A stretch of DNA of 64,000 nucleotides from Candidatus Bipolaricaulota bacterium (GTDB taxonomy: Bacteria > Patescibacteriota > Patescibacteriia > UBA11705 > DATKZF01), in assembly GCA_035528115.1 (NCBI GenBank), contig DATKZF010000003.1, positions 227,795 to 291,794 on the forward strand, in the 5' to 3' direction. The translations under genes were made by a program, and so were the position numbers. How positions within the stretch are numbered: the stretch's first letter is position 1; each line of letters opens with the position of its first letter. Shown in pieces: positions 29,429-39,533 of this stretch. The notes below the pieces were generated by a model, which was not told the origin of the DNA, did not search any database, and saw only the letters and a program-made list of their open reading frames with translations.

Positions 29429-32400
29429 TCTTCCTTGTCTCTGCCAAACTTCAAGTACAAAATCGGCACCACCATCAAAGTCAACACCATGGAAAAGCTT
29501 AAGCCGAAAACGATCGAGTAGCCCAGAGGCCCCCAAGTGGAATCGGACATGGCCAAAGGCAATATGCCGCAGACCGTGGTGATCGTTGTCAGCAAAATGG
29601 GACGAACTCTGGTCATGCAAGCGTCGGCAATGGCGTCCGGTTTGGACATGCCCACGGCGATATTTGAAGTGATTTTATCAATTAAGAAAATAGCGTTGTT
29701 GACCACGACGCCGGCCAAAGCGACCAAGCCGATCGCGGCCGGGAAACTGAGAGGCATATTCACCAAAAACAATCCGGGCAAAACCCCGATCAAGGCCAAA
29801 GGAATAGTGACCAAAATGAAAGCCACTTTTCTGAAAGATTTGAATTGCAAGACCAGCAAAGAGCCGATCATCACCACGCCGATGACAAAAGCGTACAATA
29901 AATCGGTGAATGACTCCTGAATATCTTCGGTCTCTCCGCCTTGGCTGACAATATAACCTTCTGGGATTACCAGCGCGGCCTGCTTTTCCGTAATCTTGTC
30001 ATAAATATCCTGCACGGACGCGCTTTCCTTAACATCTGAAGTAACGGTCATGATCCTGTCTCCGTCCAAATGAGAAATGGACGGCCTGCTGTAGCCTATG
30101 CCGCTATCGGTGAAACTGCTGATCGGAATGCCTCCGGACAAAGTGGCGATGTCAATCGACTCGATCGCGTTTATATCAAGAGCCTTGTCACCGGCGCCGT
30201 TGGCGTCCAAATCGTATTTAACCACCACATCAATGTCGTCCCCGCCTTCTCGAAGCACCGTGGCGCTCGTGCCGCTGATCGCGTTTCTCAAAGTGGCGGC
30301 GATCTGCATGGTGCTGACGCCGTACAGCTGAGCTTTCAAACGATCGATCGTAATAACGAATTCACCCGGAGATTCTTGAACGGAAGAAGAGACGGCTTTG
30401 GTGCCGGGAATTTCATTCAACATTTTTTCATATTCCTTCGCCAAAGATTCCAACACCTCAAGCTTTGGTCCGATGATTTTTATTTCCACCGGCGCGCCGG
30501 CGGGCGGACCTTCGTCCATCAAGGAAATGGTAATATCGAGTTTGGTAAAAGATTTAAACTTTTCATTATACTCATCGGCTATTTGCGCGCTCGTTTTTTC
30601 CCGTTCTTCCTTCAATTTAACGATAATATAAGCTTGATTGGAAGTGTTTGAATCCACAGAGACAAAACTGCCCGCGCTGGACTGCGAACCGATGACCGTC
30701 AAAAACGATTTCACGCTATTATCCTCGTACAAAATATTCTCAACTCCCAACGCTTGCCGATCGGTAACGGTCAGCGGCGTGCCCGCCGGCATTTTCATAT
30801 CAATGTAAATCAACTCATAATCCGAAATGGGGAACATATTGACTTCGAGCAAACCCGTCACGGGCAAAGCGACCGCGCCGACAAAAGCGATCAACACAAC
30901 AATGATAAACGCGGTTCTTTTCGCTTTGCTTCGCATGTAAGATTCTATTTTATTTTGATACCAACGATAAAACGGGCCGAGCAAACGCTCCCGTAAATTT
31001 CCCAAGGTGATTTTTTTCTGAAATTTACTATTTAAAAAATTTATTTCCGGCACGGGCAATTTATTCTTCATCACTCTGGCGGAAATGGTCGTCAAAAATC
31101 CCAGCGACACCGCGAATGAACCGATTAAAACCACGGTGATGGTGAAAGGAATGCTTTCAATGAATTTGCCGATGATGCCTCCCACGAACATCATGGGCAA
31201 AAAAGCGAAAACCGTGGTCAAGGTGCCCGCGATCAACGGCCACTGAAATTCTTCGATCGTGCGATATACCGCTTCTTTGACCGGCACTCCCCTGTTTCTA
31301 TATTTATTAATGCCTTCGCTCACCACAATGGAGCAATCCACCAACATGCCCAAACCCAAAATCAAGGAGAACAAAGAAAGAAAATTAATGGTGTAGCCGA
31401 ACTGATATAAAAAGATAAAAGTGATTAAAAAAGTCATGGGCACGGCCAAACCCGTTAAAATAGCCTCTTGCCAACCCAAAAATATCAAAAGCAAAACTAT
31501 TATAATAATGATAGTGGAAAGTCCGTTCGCGCTCAATCGACTCAGATCTTCTCTGACATATTGAGCCATGTTTTCCGTGACTTCAAATTCGATTCCTTCG
31601 GGCAAAATATCTCCCTTTACTTGATCCAATATTTCCATCACCTGCCGCTCGATGTTCACGATGTTGCCGCCGCTCACTTTATACACGGATAAAGACACGG
31701 CCGACTGCGACTGACCGCCGTCCAAACTCAATCTGGACACGCTGGCGGCTTCCACATAACCGTCAACGACTTCGGCCAGGTCATTCACGGTGATTACCGT
31801 ATCGCCGATACTGGCGATCGGCACGCGACTGATTTCTTCCACCGAAGACAGTCTGCCCGCGAACCTGACCAAATATTTGGTGTCCGACGTTTCGATCGAG
31901 CCGGCAGGAATATCGCTATTGGCCGAGGCGATCATGGAAGTTACCGACGACAGCGGCAAGCCATAGCCGTCGAGCTTGACTTTGTCGACAATGACCGAGA
32001 TTTCCCGGTCTTGGCCGCCGGATATTTTAACTTTGGATACTCCGCTGATGCTTTCCAATTGCCCTTGGACGCTTTTCGCGTATTCCACCAATTGATTTAT
32101 CGGAAACGGTCCGCTCAAAGAAAATGTCAAAACCGGCGTGTCGCTGAAATTCAATTTGCGGACGGAAGGATCGCTGGCGTCGCTCGGCAATTGCGTTTTA
32201 GCCTCGTCAACCGCTTCTTTGAGCGCCGACACTTTTTGATCCACATCCGCGTCAATATCGAATTGAACGAAAATAAATGATAAACCGCTGCTTGATTCCG
32301 AAGTGACGATATCCAATTCGTCCAAACTTTTTATTTTATCTTCGATCGGATCCGTCACCAATTCTTCCACATCTTCCGGGCTGGCGCCGGGATATGGCGT

Positions 32401-32562
32401 CATAACCAATGCGTAAGGCACTTCCACCTCGGGGCTGGATTCTTGGGGTATTTGCAAAATCGATACGGTGCCTAAAATAATCACTCCGGCAATAATAATA
32501 TAAGTGAATTTATGATTATTCACGAAAAATTTCCAAATTTTTCCGATTTCTTTTTGCTCCAT
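29422..32562 (-). CDS. RND efflux permease (AcrB/AcrD/AcrF family)
   Basis: YPGASPEDVEELVT, GMLVDCSIVV, GVVVNNAI, R.RPILLTT.TT. Confidence 0.95.
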   Translation of the reverse strand: MEQKEIGKIWKFFVNNHKFTYIIIAGVIILGTVSILQIPQESSPEVEVPYALVMTPYPGASPEDVEELVTDPIEDKIKSLDELDIVTSESSSGLSFIFVQFDIDADVDQKVSALKEAVDEAKTQLPSDASDPSVRKLNFSDTPVLTFSLSGPFPINQLVEYAKSVQGQLESISGVSKVKISGGQDREISVIVDKVKLDGYGLPLSSVTSMIASANSDIPAGSIETSDTKYLVRFAGRLSSVEEISRVPIASIGDTVITVNDLAEVVDGYVEAASVSRLSLDGGQSQSAVSLSVYKVSGGNIVNIERQVMEILDQVKGDILPEGIEFEVTENMAQYVREDLSRLSANGLSTIIIIIVLLLIFLGWQEAILTGLAVPMTFLITFIFLYQFGYTINFLSLFSLILGLGMLVDCSIVVSEGINKYRNRGVPVKEAVYRTIEEFQWPLIAGTLTTVFAFLPMMFVGGIIGKFIESIPFTITVVLIGSFAVSLGFLTTISARVMKNKLPVPEINFLNSKFQKKITLGNLRERLLGPFYRWYQNKIESYMRSKAKRTAFIIVVLIAFVGAVALPVTGLLEVNMFPISDYELIYIDMKMPAGTPLTVTDRQALGVENILYEDNSVKSFLTVIGSQSSAGSFVSVDSNTSNQAYIIVKLKEEREKTSAQIADEYNEKFKSFTKLDITISLMDEGPPAGAPVEIKIIGPKLEVLESLAKEYEKMLNEIPGTKAVSSSVQESPGEFVITIDRLKAQLYGVSTMQIAATLRNAISGTSATVLREGGDDIDVVVKYDLDANGAGDKALDINAIESIDIATLSGGIPISSFTDSGIGYSRPSISHLDGDRIMTVTSDVKESASVQDIYDKITEKQAALVIPEGYIVSQGGETEDIQESFTDLLYAFVIGVVMIGSLLVLQFKSFRKVAFILVTIPLALIGVLPGLFLVNMPLSFPAAIGLVALAGVVVNNAIFLIDKITSNIAVGMSKPDAIADACMTRVRPILLTTITTVCGILPLAMSDSTWGPLGYSIVFGLSFSMVLTLMVVPILYLKFGRDKEDV

Positions 32563-32563
32563 A

Positions 32564-34426
32564 TTAATTCAACTCGACTTTTTGTCCGTCTTTGATTCCT
32601 CTGGTGGATTCCAATATTTCCATGCCCGAAAAAAGTCCGTCATTCACCTCAATCATCTCTCCGACGACTTTGCCCAAGGCCACGGGCAAGGATTCCACGA
32701 CGCCATCTTGGCCGAACAAATAGACATAAGCCTGGTCGGAGGTTATTTTCACGGCGGCCAGCGGCAAAAAGTAAATATTATTGTGAATCAATTCTTCATT
32801 GATCCTTATTTGAGCTCGAGCGTATTGCCCGATCTTGACCGGCAGATTATCGCCGACCATGGCGATAATCGTTTCTATCTTTTTGGTTTGAGGATTCACT
32901 CTCGGCGAAATTTTGGCCACCGAACCTTCAATGCCGTCTTCGATCCTGGCAGCGGAACCCACGCCGATCATATTTATTTCTTTTTCATTCAAATAAACTT
33001 TCAATTGCAACCCTCCGGGATTCACCAAGGAAACAACCATTTGACCGAATGACACCAAATCACCCGTTGTTATTTTGACCTCGGAAATAATTCCGTCAAA
33101 AGGCGCTCTGATAAAAGCTTTGTTTTTATTATTTTGAATCAGGCCGACGGACGCTTTCGCTTCTTTGACCGAAGCAAGAAGTCCGGCCAAATCAACGTCT
33201 CGTGGACCGGCCACGGTCAAATTATAAGCGGCCTCGGCCTGAGCGAGAGAAGCTTCTTGCACCGCCACGGAAGCATCGGCGGACTTGAGATCATTTTTCG
33301 CTTGTTCTTTGGCGTCCGCCAAATCCTTGATCGCTTTCTGATAAGCGATTTGCGCGGCCGTGTCAGCGACCTTGGCGTTATCGACGCCGGCCGCGGCGCC
33401 GGACAAAGCCGAAGCGGCGCCCGAGACCGAAGCTCGCGCGGCGCCTATGCCGGCCTTAAAACCGTCGAGCATGGTCGGGGTCAAGTGACCCACGGCCGAA
33501 GTGGCGTTAAGCATGGCGGTCATGTCAGCCAAATGATCGGTCATGGTCTCCACAGCCGAGACGGCGTAAGTCGCCACGGAATCAATGTCATCATGATTGC
33601 TCGTATAGCTCAAATAGGAAACCATTTCCGCGACTTCCACCTTGGCTTTTTTGGCTTCATTATAACTGTCGATGGCCGCGTACCAGGCGACTTGGCTTTT
33701 TTGGCTCAAATCCGCCTCGAACACATCATTGATAATGGTGTTATCAATACCCATGATATTGTCGGAAGCGGTCAGCGCCGAAGCCAAAGTGGAAACCGTC
33801 GAATCCAAAACATTAACCAAATTTTTATAAGCGTTATCTATTATCTCGCTGTTATCTTGATCCGCGGCTTTTTGCAAATTATTTTCGGCTATTTTCAAAG
33901 CGGTCTCGACGGCCGAGACTCTTTGCTCGGACATCAATTTCGATTGCTCCCGCCCAACTTTCGTTTGCTCCAAAATGGCGGTCGCCTGAGCCACGGCGGC
34001 CGCGGCTCGCGCGATTTCTTGATCCGTAGCTCCGGCGACTCTTTGATCAACGCCGCTTTCCAATCTTTCAATGGTCGCGGCGGCCTGAGCCAACTGAGCG
34101 TCAATGTCCGCGTGATTCAATTCAACCAAAACATCGCCCGCATGGACTTCCTGTCCGATTGCGGCGTTTACCTTTACCGCTTTCGAAGACAATTCGCTTT
34201 TTATATCTATCTGTTCCAAGGATTCGACCACGCCCGTGGCCTCGATTTGCGCGTTCTTTTTCTGAAAATCGTCGACATTGAGCAATGAGACCTTTCTCAC
34301 CGTCTCTATTTCAATAACTTCTTCAGTATTCAATTCCTGATATATTCGAAAACCGAAAACGCCGATAACGGCCAAAATGATAATATAAATGATGAATTTG
34401 GCGAAATATGATTTTTTCTCTGGCAT
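32564..34426 (-). CDS. RND periplasmic adaptor (HlyD-like) with long coiled coil
   Basis: N-terminal TM, G..V..GDVL lipoyl half, IRAPFDG, about 350-aa helical insert. Confidence 0.88.
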   Translation of the reverse strand: MPEKKSYFAKFIIYIIILAVIGVFGFRIYQELNTEEVIEIETVRKVSLLNVDDFQKKNAQIEATGVVESLEQIDIKSELSSKAVKVNAAIGQEVHAGDVLVELNHADIDAQLAQAAATIERLESGVDQRVAGATDQEIARAAAAVAQATAILEQTKVGREQSKLMSEQRVSAVETALKIAENNLQKAADQDNSEIIDNAYKNLVNVLDSTVSTLASALTASDNIMGIDNTIINDVFEADLSQKSQVAWYAAIDSYNEAKKAKVEVAEMVSYLSYTSNHDDIDSVATYAVSAVETMTDHLADMTAMLNATSAVGHLTPTMLDGFKAGIGAARASVSGAASALSGAAAGVDNAKVADTAAQIAYQKAIKDLADAKEQAKNDLKSADASVAVQEASLAQAEAAYNLTVAGPRDVDLAGLLASVKEAKASVGLIQNNKNKAFIRAPFDGIISEVKITTGDLVSFGQMVVSLVNPGGLQLKVYLNEKEINMIGVGSAARIEDGIEGSVAKISPRVNPQTKKIETIIAMVGDNLPVKIGQYARAQIRINEELIHNNIYFLPLAAVKITSDQAYVYLFGQDGVVESLPVALGKVVGEMIEVNDGLFSGMEILESTRGIKDGQKVELN

Positions 34427-34476
34427 AATTGAAATTATTGTCTTTTAATATTTTAGAAACCTATCAATGAAAAATT

Positions 34477-34504
34477 ATCTTAACATAAATCAAAAATTTG
34501 TCAA
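34477..34504 (-). promoter_or_regulatory. Sigma70 promoter for the RND operon
   Basis: TTGACA-16 nt-TAAGAT with TGn. Confidence 0.5.
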
Positions 34505-34561
34505 AAAAACAAAAAAAGCCCCTTAGGATTTTTTTTGTTTATCGCGCTACTTAATTTTTAT

Positions 34562-35128
34562 TTAAAATATGAGCACGGCCGCGGCCACCACCGTGGTCCA
34601 TAAACCGTCTTTGTGGCCTTCGGCCGACTGCGTGATATTCGAGGTTCTGATTATCTTGCCCGATGATTTATATACTTGCTCCCGCTCATCCCACGCCGCG
34701 GAGGAATCAAACTCCAAACCGACTATCGTGGCCAGCATGGTGGCGGCCAAATCCTCGGCATAATCTCCGGCTCGCTCGGCCGTCTCGCCGAAAGAATGAT
34801 GTTCTGACAAATAACCGTGTTGATTATGATCCTGTGGCAAAGCCAAACCGATGGAAGCGCACATCAAACGATTGGGCTCGCATGCGGCTTGTCTGGCCAT
34901 GACGACAAAAACTATTTGTCCCGGTTTTAAAAATTTTTTTCCTTCATCTCGAGAAATACGTTTGCAATCGGGAGGAAAAATGGAGCTGACGGTCACCAAA
35001 TTATATTCCGCTATGCCGGCGTCGCGCAAAGACATTTCAAATGACTGCAAATAATCTTTGTGCCGGCCGACACCCTTGGTTAAAAACATTTTAGTGGGAA
35101 CGAACATTGAACCGGTTTCATTTTCCAT
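34562..35128 (-). CDS. pdaD: Pyruvoyl-dependent arginine decarboxylase
   Basis: SFE..LRDAGI..YNLV.VSSIFPP self-cleavage site, GYLSEHH, YAEDLAA.ML. Confidence 0.92.
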   Translation of the reverse strand: MENETGSMFVPTKMFLTKGVGRHKDYLQSFEMSLRDAGIAEYNLVTVSSIFPPDCKRISRDEGKKFLKPGQIVFVVMARQAACEPNRLMCASIGLALPQDHNQHGYLSEHHSFGETAERAGDYAEDLAATMLATIVGLEFDSSAAWDEREQVYKSSGKIIRTSNITQSAEGHKDGLWTTVVAAAVLIF

Positions 35129-35244
35129 AGGACGCGAAAATATTATTTTTTATTTTAGGATAATTAGAATATAGCAATTTATAAAAAATCTGTAAACAAA
35201 AAAATGGGCAAGGACCATGAACGGAAAAATTATTCATTAACCGA

Positions 35245-35595
35245 CTATCTTTTTAACATAGCGCCAATAAGACCAGAAAGCATTTTAGCAATGCCCTCCA
35301 AATCATCGTACGCTTTCCCAAACATATCATCATCAAGCAATCTTTCGATCTTCATTATTCTCATGATGGCCACGCATTCATTAACCGACCCTTTGGCCAC
35401 AACGTAAAAATTTTTCTTGTCGTTTTTGCTGTATTTACCGGCTCCTTCCGCAATATTTAACACAATGCTTATTGAAGCTCTTTTTAGTTGATCTTTAAGA
35501 TTTTTGTCTATCTTGGGATCGGAAAGAATTTTCAAAACTTTGACATAATAGAATTCCGCTTTCTGATAAACGGGAAATTGCTCAAAATCAAACAT
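35245..35595 (-). CDS. Four-helix-bundle protein (23S rRNA-IVP/bAvd-like family)
   Basis: FE...VYQKA, DQLKRASISIVLNIAEGAG, F..AKGS..EC. Confidence 0.92.
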   Translation of the reverse strand: MFDFEQFPVYQKAEFYYVKVLKILSDPKIDKNLKDQLKRASISIVLNIAEGAGKYSKNDKKNFYVVAKGSVNECVAIMRIMKIERLLDDDMFGKAYDDLEGIAKMLSGLIGAMLKR

Positions 35596-35614
35596 ACTTT
35601 TAAAAATTTGCTTG

Positions 35615-35707
35615 CCTTAATTCTTCTCCTTAATCTTAATTCTCAATTCTATTATTAAACAACTTAAAGATTAGAATTAAGGATAAGGATGAGATTAAGA
35701 ATTAAGG
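35615..35707. repeat. 6-bp periodic inverted repeat upstream of the four-helix-bundle gene
   Basis: ccttaattcttctccttaatcttaattctcaattct ... agattagaattaaggataaggatgagattaagaattaagg. Confidence 0.75.
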
Positions 35708-35712
35708 TGCGG

Positions 35713-35788
35713 TGGTCGGGCTGGGGAGACTCGAACTCCCGGCCTCATCGTCCCGAACGATGCGCGCTACCAACTGCGCTACAGCCCG
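35713..35788 (-). tRNA. tRNA-Pro(CGG)
   Basis: CGGGCTG acceptor, CATCG-TTCGGGA-CGATG, GTTCGAGTC, encoded CCA. Confidence 0.95.
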
Positions 35789-35820
35789 CGAAATAAAAAT
35801 TGAAAATCAGGGATCCAGCA

Positions 35821-36711
35821 TCAATAAAAGTAAAAAATCTGATGACTGGTCGTCGGCTCATCCGGTTTACCCAGCAGTTTCCCGGAATTAGTATGAAATA
35901 TACGCTCTGATCCGTCGATGCCCATGAACTTTAGATAGCTTAACATAAAATAAACAGCTGGTCGAGAGTCTAATTCCAAACTGTAAATTTTATCGAAATC
36001 ATAACTTAAAATCGCCTTATTGCTTAATTCATCAGCAATATCCGCCTGGTCAGCCTGCTTATCGTGAGAAAAATCAATACTGGCTAAAATCAAGGTTTTT
36101 TCCGGATCGACTGACCGCACAATGACCTTGGCCAATAATTCTGCTTCCAGCGAAGTTACAGTATCTTTGATAATGATCGGCATTATTTTCGCGTCCGGAA
36201 AACTTTTTTTAATAAAAGGCACAAGCCCGGTAATCCCATGCTCATTTTCAAATGGCGCTTCTTCAATTTTTACCTCAGTATTATCTATAATTGCTTTGAT
36301 CAAATCCTGATCCGGCAAAAGAACGCCATAAGGCGTGTTCCAGGCGGCAGTCGAGGTTATTCTCCGGGCATAGCCGGCATTATAATGGTTAGGTCCGATT
36401 AAAATAATCGTTTCATAGTCAAAATCTTCGATGCCCAAAAAAAAAGCGGCGATTTTATCTTTGACAATCAAATGATGCGGAACAATACCGGCGTAAACGC
36501 GGCTTGGCGGCCGATTGACTTGACCCGCGGCCTGCTCATATGCCTGGTCGTAAAAATTTCTGTCATTGATAAAAGAATAATGCATCGCGTCATACTCGAC
36601 AATCGAATCGGCTTCCCGGTTATTGCTTATGAAAATTAAAAGCAATCCTGCCTGTAGAGACACAAGCAGGATTACCGCGACAAGAATTATGTTGAAGACA
36701 TTTGATTTCAT
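35821..36711 (-). CDS. MEMO1/AmmeMemoRadiSam protein B family, N-terminal membrane anchor
   Basis: GIVPHH, GPNH, W.TPYG, EHG, AS.DFSH. Confidence 0.85.
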   Translation of the reverse strand: MKSNVFNIILVAVILLVSLQAGLLLIFISNNREADSIVEYDAMHYSFINDRNFYDQAYEQAAGQVNRPPSRVYAGIVPHHLIVKDKIAAFFLGIEDFDYETIILIGPNHYNAGYARRITSTAAWNTPYGVLLPDQDLIKAIIDNTEVKIEEAPFENEHGITGLVPFIKKSFPDAKIMPIIIKDTVTSLEAELLAKVIVRSVDPEKTLILASIDFSHDKQADQADIADELSNKAILSYDFDKIYSLELDSRPAVYFMLSYLKFMGIDGSERIFHTNSGKLLGKPDEPTTSHQIFYFY

Positions 36712-38541
36712 TTATTTGTGCAATGCTCCGCCCCACTCAACCACCGTAAAGCCTCTTCTCTCCGGAGTGACAATCTTTTGCGCTTCGACTTTTACGGGAT
36801 AATCCAATCCTTCGTAATCCATGAACACTCTGATGACCGTGTCCGGTCTCGGGCTGACAGTCAGCGGAGCCAATTTATCAAATTGAGACTGGGGCACAAA
36901 GGTCACGAAATAATAATTTTTATCCTGCATTCGAGGCAGCCAGAATTCAATAAATTCATCCGATTCATTCTCATTCAAACCGAGCAATGCCAGTTTTTCC
37001 CACAAAAATTTCTCAACATCGTTTTTAGCCACGACAAATCCTTGATTCGGCCTTTGATAAAACATTCCTTTGCCTTCCCAAAATAGATATGGATAATAAG
37101 TTTTATCAGCGTAATTGAATAATTTGCCTTCCGGCGTGGCGTTTACCTGCCAGCCGCCGTTGTAATCCGGTTCGGTGATGGAAAATCCGCCATTGGGATC
37201 GACTTTCACTGACACATCCATTTGCTTTTCAGGATAGAGGTAAATCACCGGCTTGCCACATTCAACCGCGGGGATAAACATCAGATTGCGGAATTCAACG
37301 AAACCTCCGAACGGATCTTTCCAGAAAATGGCCGGGTGCTCTTTGGTAAAAGTTTCATACGGAGTTTTATCCAGCTGAGTTTTATTGACTTCATCGTAGC
37401 CGGGATAATAATCATCATATATCTGCCGTATGTACGACACGCCGTCAGTCAGCAAAGCTCCATCTTTCAATTCATATATATCATATTTCCCTGAAAGCAC
37501 GCCTGACTTGACCAGATCCTTTTCAGTCGCGCCGGCAGCATAGTGATAGCATCTGCCCACGCCGCAGCCGCCGATTGTGCCTTTGAAAAATTCATATTTA
37601 TTATAGGCGCCGCTGGACCAGGCAATCGGGAGCTGAGTAGACAGCACGCCAAGCGTTTCTCCTCCAAGTATGTCAAATTCATATTCTCTGACAGTGCCGT
37701 CTTTGGCGACCGCGTAATAGCAAATTTCCGTCCCCATTTTGCCCATATCATATTTATAAATAAATTCTCCCCGGGCGAATTCGAAAAGCTTGGTTAAATC
37801 TTTTTCCTCGAGATTTTGAAATAGCAGAAACTTCTCTCCGGCCGCTTTGATTAAATTTATAGAGGAGTTAGGGATTCCGATTTTTCCCGGCGTTTCCAGA
37901 TTGCGAATTGAAATAGTCTCATTCACTGAATAAACAGAAGTATATATTCCATAAATTTCAGCTGAATGCTTGGATAAGACCACATATTGATCGCCGTTTT
38001 TGATCACTCGGAGAAAGCCGGTCGGACCCATTTCCTGCATGGGTATTATCAAATACAGCTCTTTATCTTTATATACGCCGCTGGCGATCTTTCCGATTTT
38101 GTAATATTCGGAATTATCAATCGAGTCTTTGGCATATTCTTTTCCGTAGGATGATATGATATCCTTGTTTTTTGAAAAACTGGCGATAACCGCATTATAA
38201 TTGTCTCCAAAAAATCCCGACGCGCCGACATCCTTGAGTTTTGCTATGTCATACCACTGCACGTCCACTTGCTCACTCGTCGTCAATCCGTCAGTGGTGA
38301 TTTCGTCCGCTGTCGAATTTGCGCTTTGTCCATCAGTCGTTTCAATTTCCGATGTCGCTACTCCCTTCTGCTCGAGAGCGGCCAACTTCTGTGTCTCAGA
38401 CACGGATTCAAACGCTCCTTTTTTGATCAATAAAAAGTAAACTGTAATGCCGTTGGTAATAATCAGCAAAGACAGTGCGATAATTAGAACGCACAGCAAC
38501 ACTTTGCTGTTTTTTCCGGAAGATTGATCTGATATTTGCAT
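36712..38541 (-). CDS. Membrane-anchored protein with C-terminal KPVIYLYP domain
   Basis: N-terminal TM; KPVIYLYP, YPYLFWEG, EFIEFWLP, P.PDTVIRVFM, GFTVVEWGG. Confidence 0.8.
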   Translation of the reverse strand: MQISDQSSGKNSKVLLCVLIIALSLLIITNGITVYFLLIKKGAFESVSETQKLAALEQKGVATSEIETTDGQSANSTADEITTDGLTTSEQVDVQWYDIAKLKDVGASGFFGDNYNAVIASFSKNKDIISSYGKEYAKDSIDNSEYYKIGKIASGVYKDKELYLIIPMQEMGPTGFLRVIKNGDQYVVLSKHSAEIYGIYTSVYSVNETISIRNLETPGKIGIPNSSINLIKAAGEKFLLFQNLEEKDLTKLFEFARGEFIYKYDMGKMGTEICYYAVAKDGTVREYEFDILGGETLGVLSTQLPIAWSSGAYNKYEFFKGTIGGCGVGRCYHYAAGATEKDLVKSGVLSGKYDIYELKDGALLTDGVSYIRQIYDDYYPGYDEVNKTQLDKTPYETFTKEHPAIFWKDPFGGFVEFRNLMFIPAVECGKPVIYLYPEKQMDVSVKVDPNGGFSITEPDYNGGWQVNATPEGKLFNYADKTYYPYLFWEGKGMFYQRPNQGFVVAKNDVEKFLWEKLALLGLNENESDEFIEFWLPRMQDKNYYFVTFVPQSQFDKLAPLTVSPRPDTVIRVFMDYEGLDYPVKVEAQKIVTPERRGFTVVEWGGALHK

Positions 38542-38594
38542 AAATACTCCAATTATTTTTAATTTTGTTAAATTATTTAATATTTAATTTTTAA

Positions 38595-38730
38595 AAACTC
38601 CACCTTCAACTGGCAAAATTCCGGCTAAACGCCAAGTGGGTGACCGCAATCTCGCTCCACGGAGCGAGACGATATGAGTCTCCCTAGAAATAAGTTTGTC
38701 CCGAAATTTAACCAGCCTCATGGTGAAGCT
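38595..38730 (-). ncRNA. ssrS: Probable 6S RNA
   Basis: Rod: AGCTTCACC/GGTGGAGTT, GCTGG/CCAGT, AAATTTCGG/CCGGAATTT, central bubble, GGGAGAC/GTCACCC, terminal TCTCGCTCC/GGAGCGAGA hairpin; own promoter; ends in U-run. Confidence 0.72.
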
Positions 38731-38736
38731 GTTATT

Positions 38737-38765
38737 ATTTTAACATTTTTAAGAAATATTGTAAA
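38737..38765 (-). promoter_or_regulatory. Sigma70 promoter of the 6S-like RNA
   Basis: TTTACA-17 nt-TAAAAT with TGn. Confidence 0.7.
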
Positions 38766-38869
38766 AATTCGAACGAATATTGATTTTTTGCCTTAATTTC
38801 ACTATAATTAATAATAAATTTATGAGATTTCAACTCAAATCAAAATTCAGCCGCTCGACCGCGTCCAAA

Positions 38870-38899
38870 CAAAAAACGGAAAGTTTTTCCGTTTTTTTA
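38870..38899. terminator. Bidirectional terminator after ndk
   Basis: aaaaaacggaaa-gtt-tttccgtttttt. Confidence 0.7.
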
Positions 38900-38907
38900 T
38901 TGACCCG

Positions 38908-39486
38908 TTATTTTTCCACTGTCCGATAAATCAACGCCTCGTCAACTCTTTGCCAATCATGCAATTCTTCATCTTTAAACCAAACTTTTATTTCTCTGTC
39001 CGCTTCGTCAACCGCGCCCGAAGCGTGAATCAGGTTTTGGATCGGCCGACCGGACTTGTCGGACAAAACATATGAGTCAACGGAATAGTCTCCCCGAATC
39101 GTGCCCGGTTCCGCATCCTGCGGACTGGTCGCGCCCACCAATTTTCTGATTTTAGCCACTGCGTTATGACCTTCAACGCAAATCGCCACGATCGGCGACA
39201 TGGTTAAGTATGAAATCAATTGATTGCGCACGCGCCGGCCGATTTCCATGGCCGTCTCGGTCATTTTATCGCCCCGGCTCTCAGCGGCTTTCAAAGCTTT
39301 TTCCCCCACGCTTAGCATCCAAGCTTCATCGTTGGCATAATGCTCCCCGGCCAGATCTTCGGTGGCGCGAACCACTTTCAAGCCGATTATTTTCAAACCG
39401 CTGCGTTCGAAACGGCTGATGATTTCTCCGACCAAAGCTCTCTGAACTCCATCCGGCTTGATCAGGACCAATGATTTTTCAGTCAT
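38908..39486 (-). CDS. ndk: Nucleoside diphosphate kinase
   Basis: LIKPDGVQR.LVGEII.RFE, PGTIRGDY, NLIHASG. Confidence 0.95.
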   Translation of the reverse strand: MTEKSLVLIKPDGVQRALVGEIISRFERSGLKIIGLKVVRATEDLAGEHYANDEAWMLSVGEKALKAAESRGDKMTETAMEIGRRVRNQLISYLTMSPIVAICVEGHNAVAKIRKLVGATSPQDAEPGTIRGDYSVDSYVLSDKSGRPIQNLIHASGAVDEADREIKVWFKDEELHDWQRVDEALIYRTVEK

Positions 39487-39533
39487 ACAAATTAAATTTA
39501 ATTGATAAAGTTATTGCCATTTTAGCAAATTAA

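Noticed and set aside
33134-34288. Long plus-strand ORFs antisense to real genes (also 23935-24600, 43719-44423, 60746-61549)
   Set aside because: Shadow ORFs caused by codon bias of the minus-strand genes
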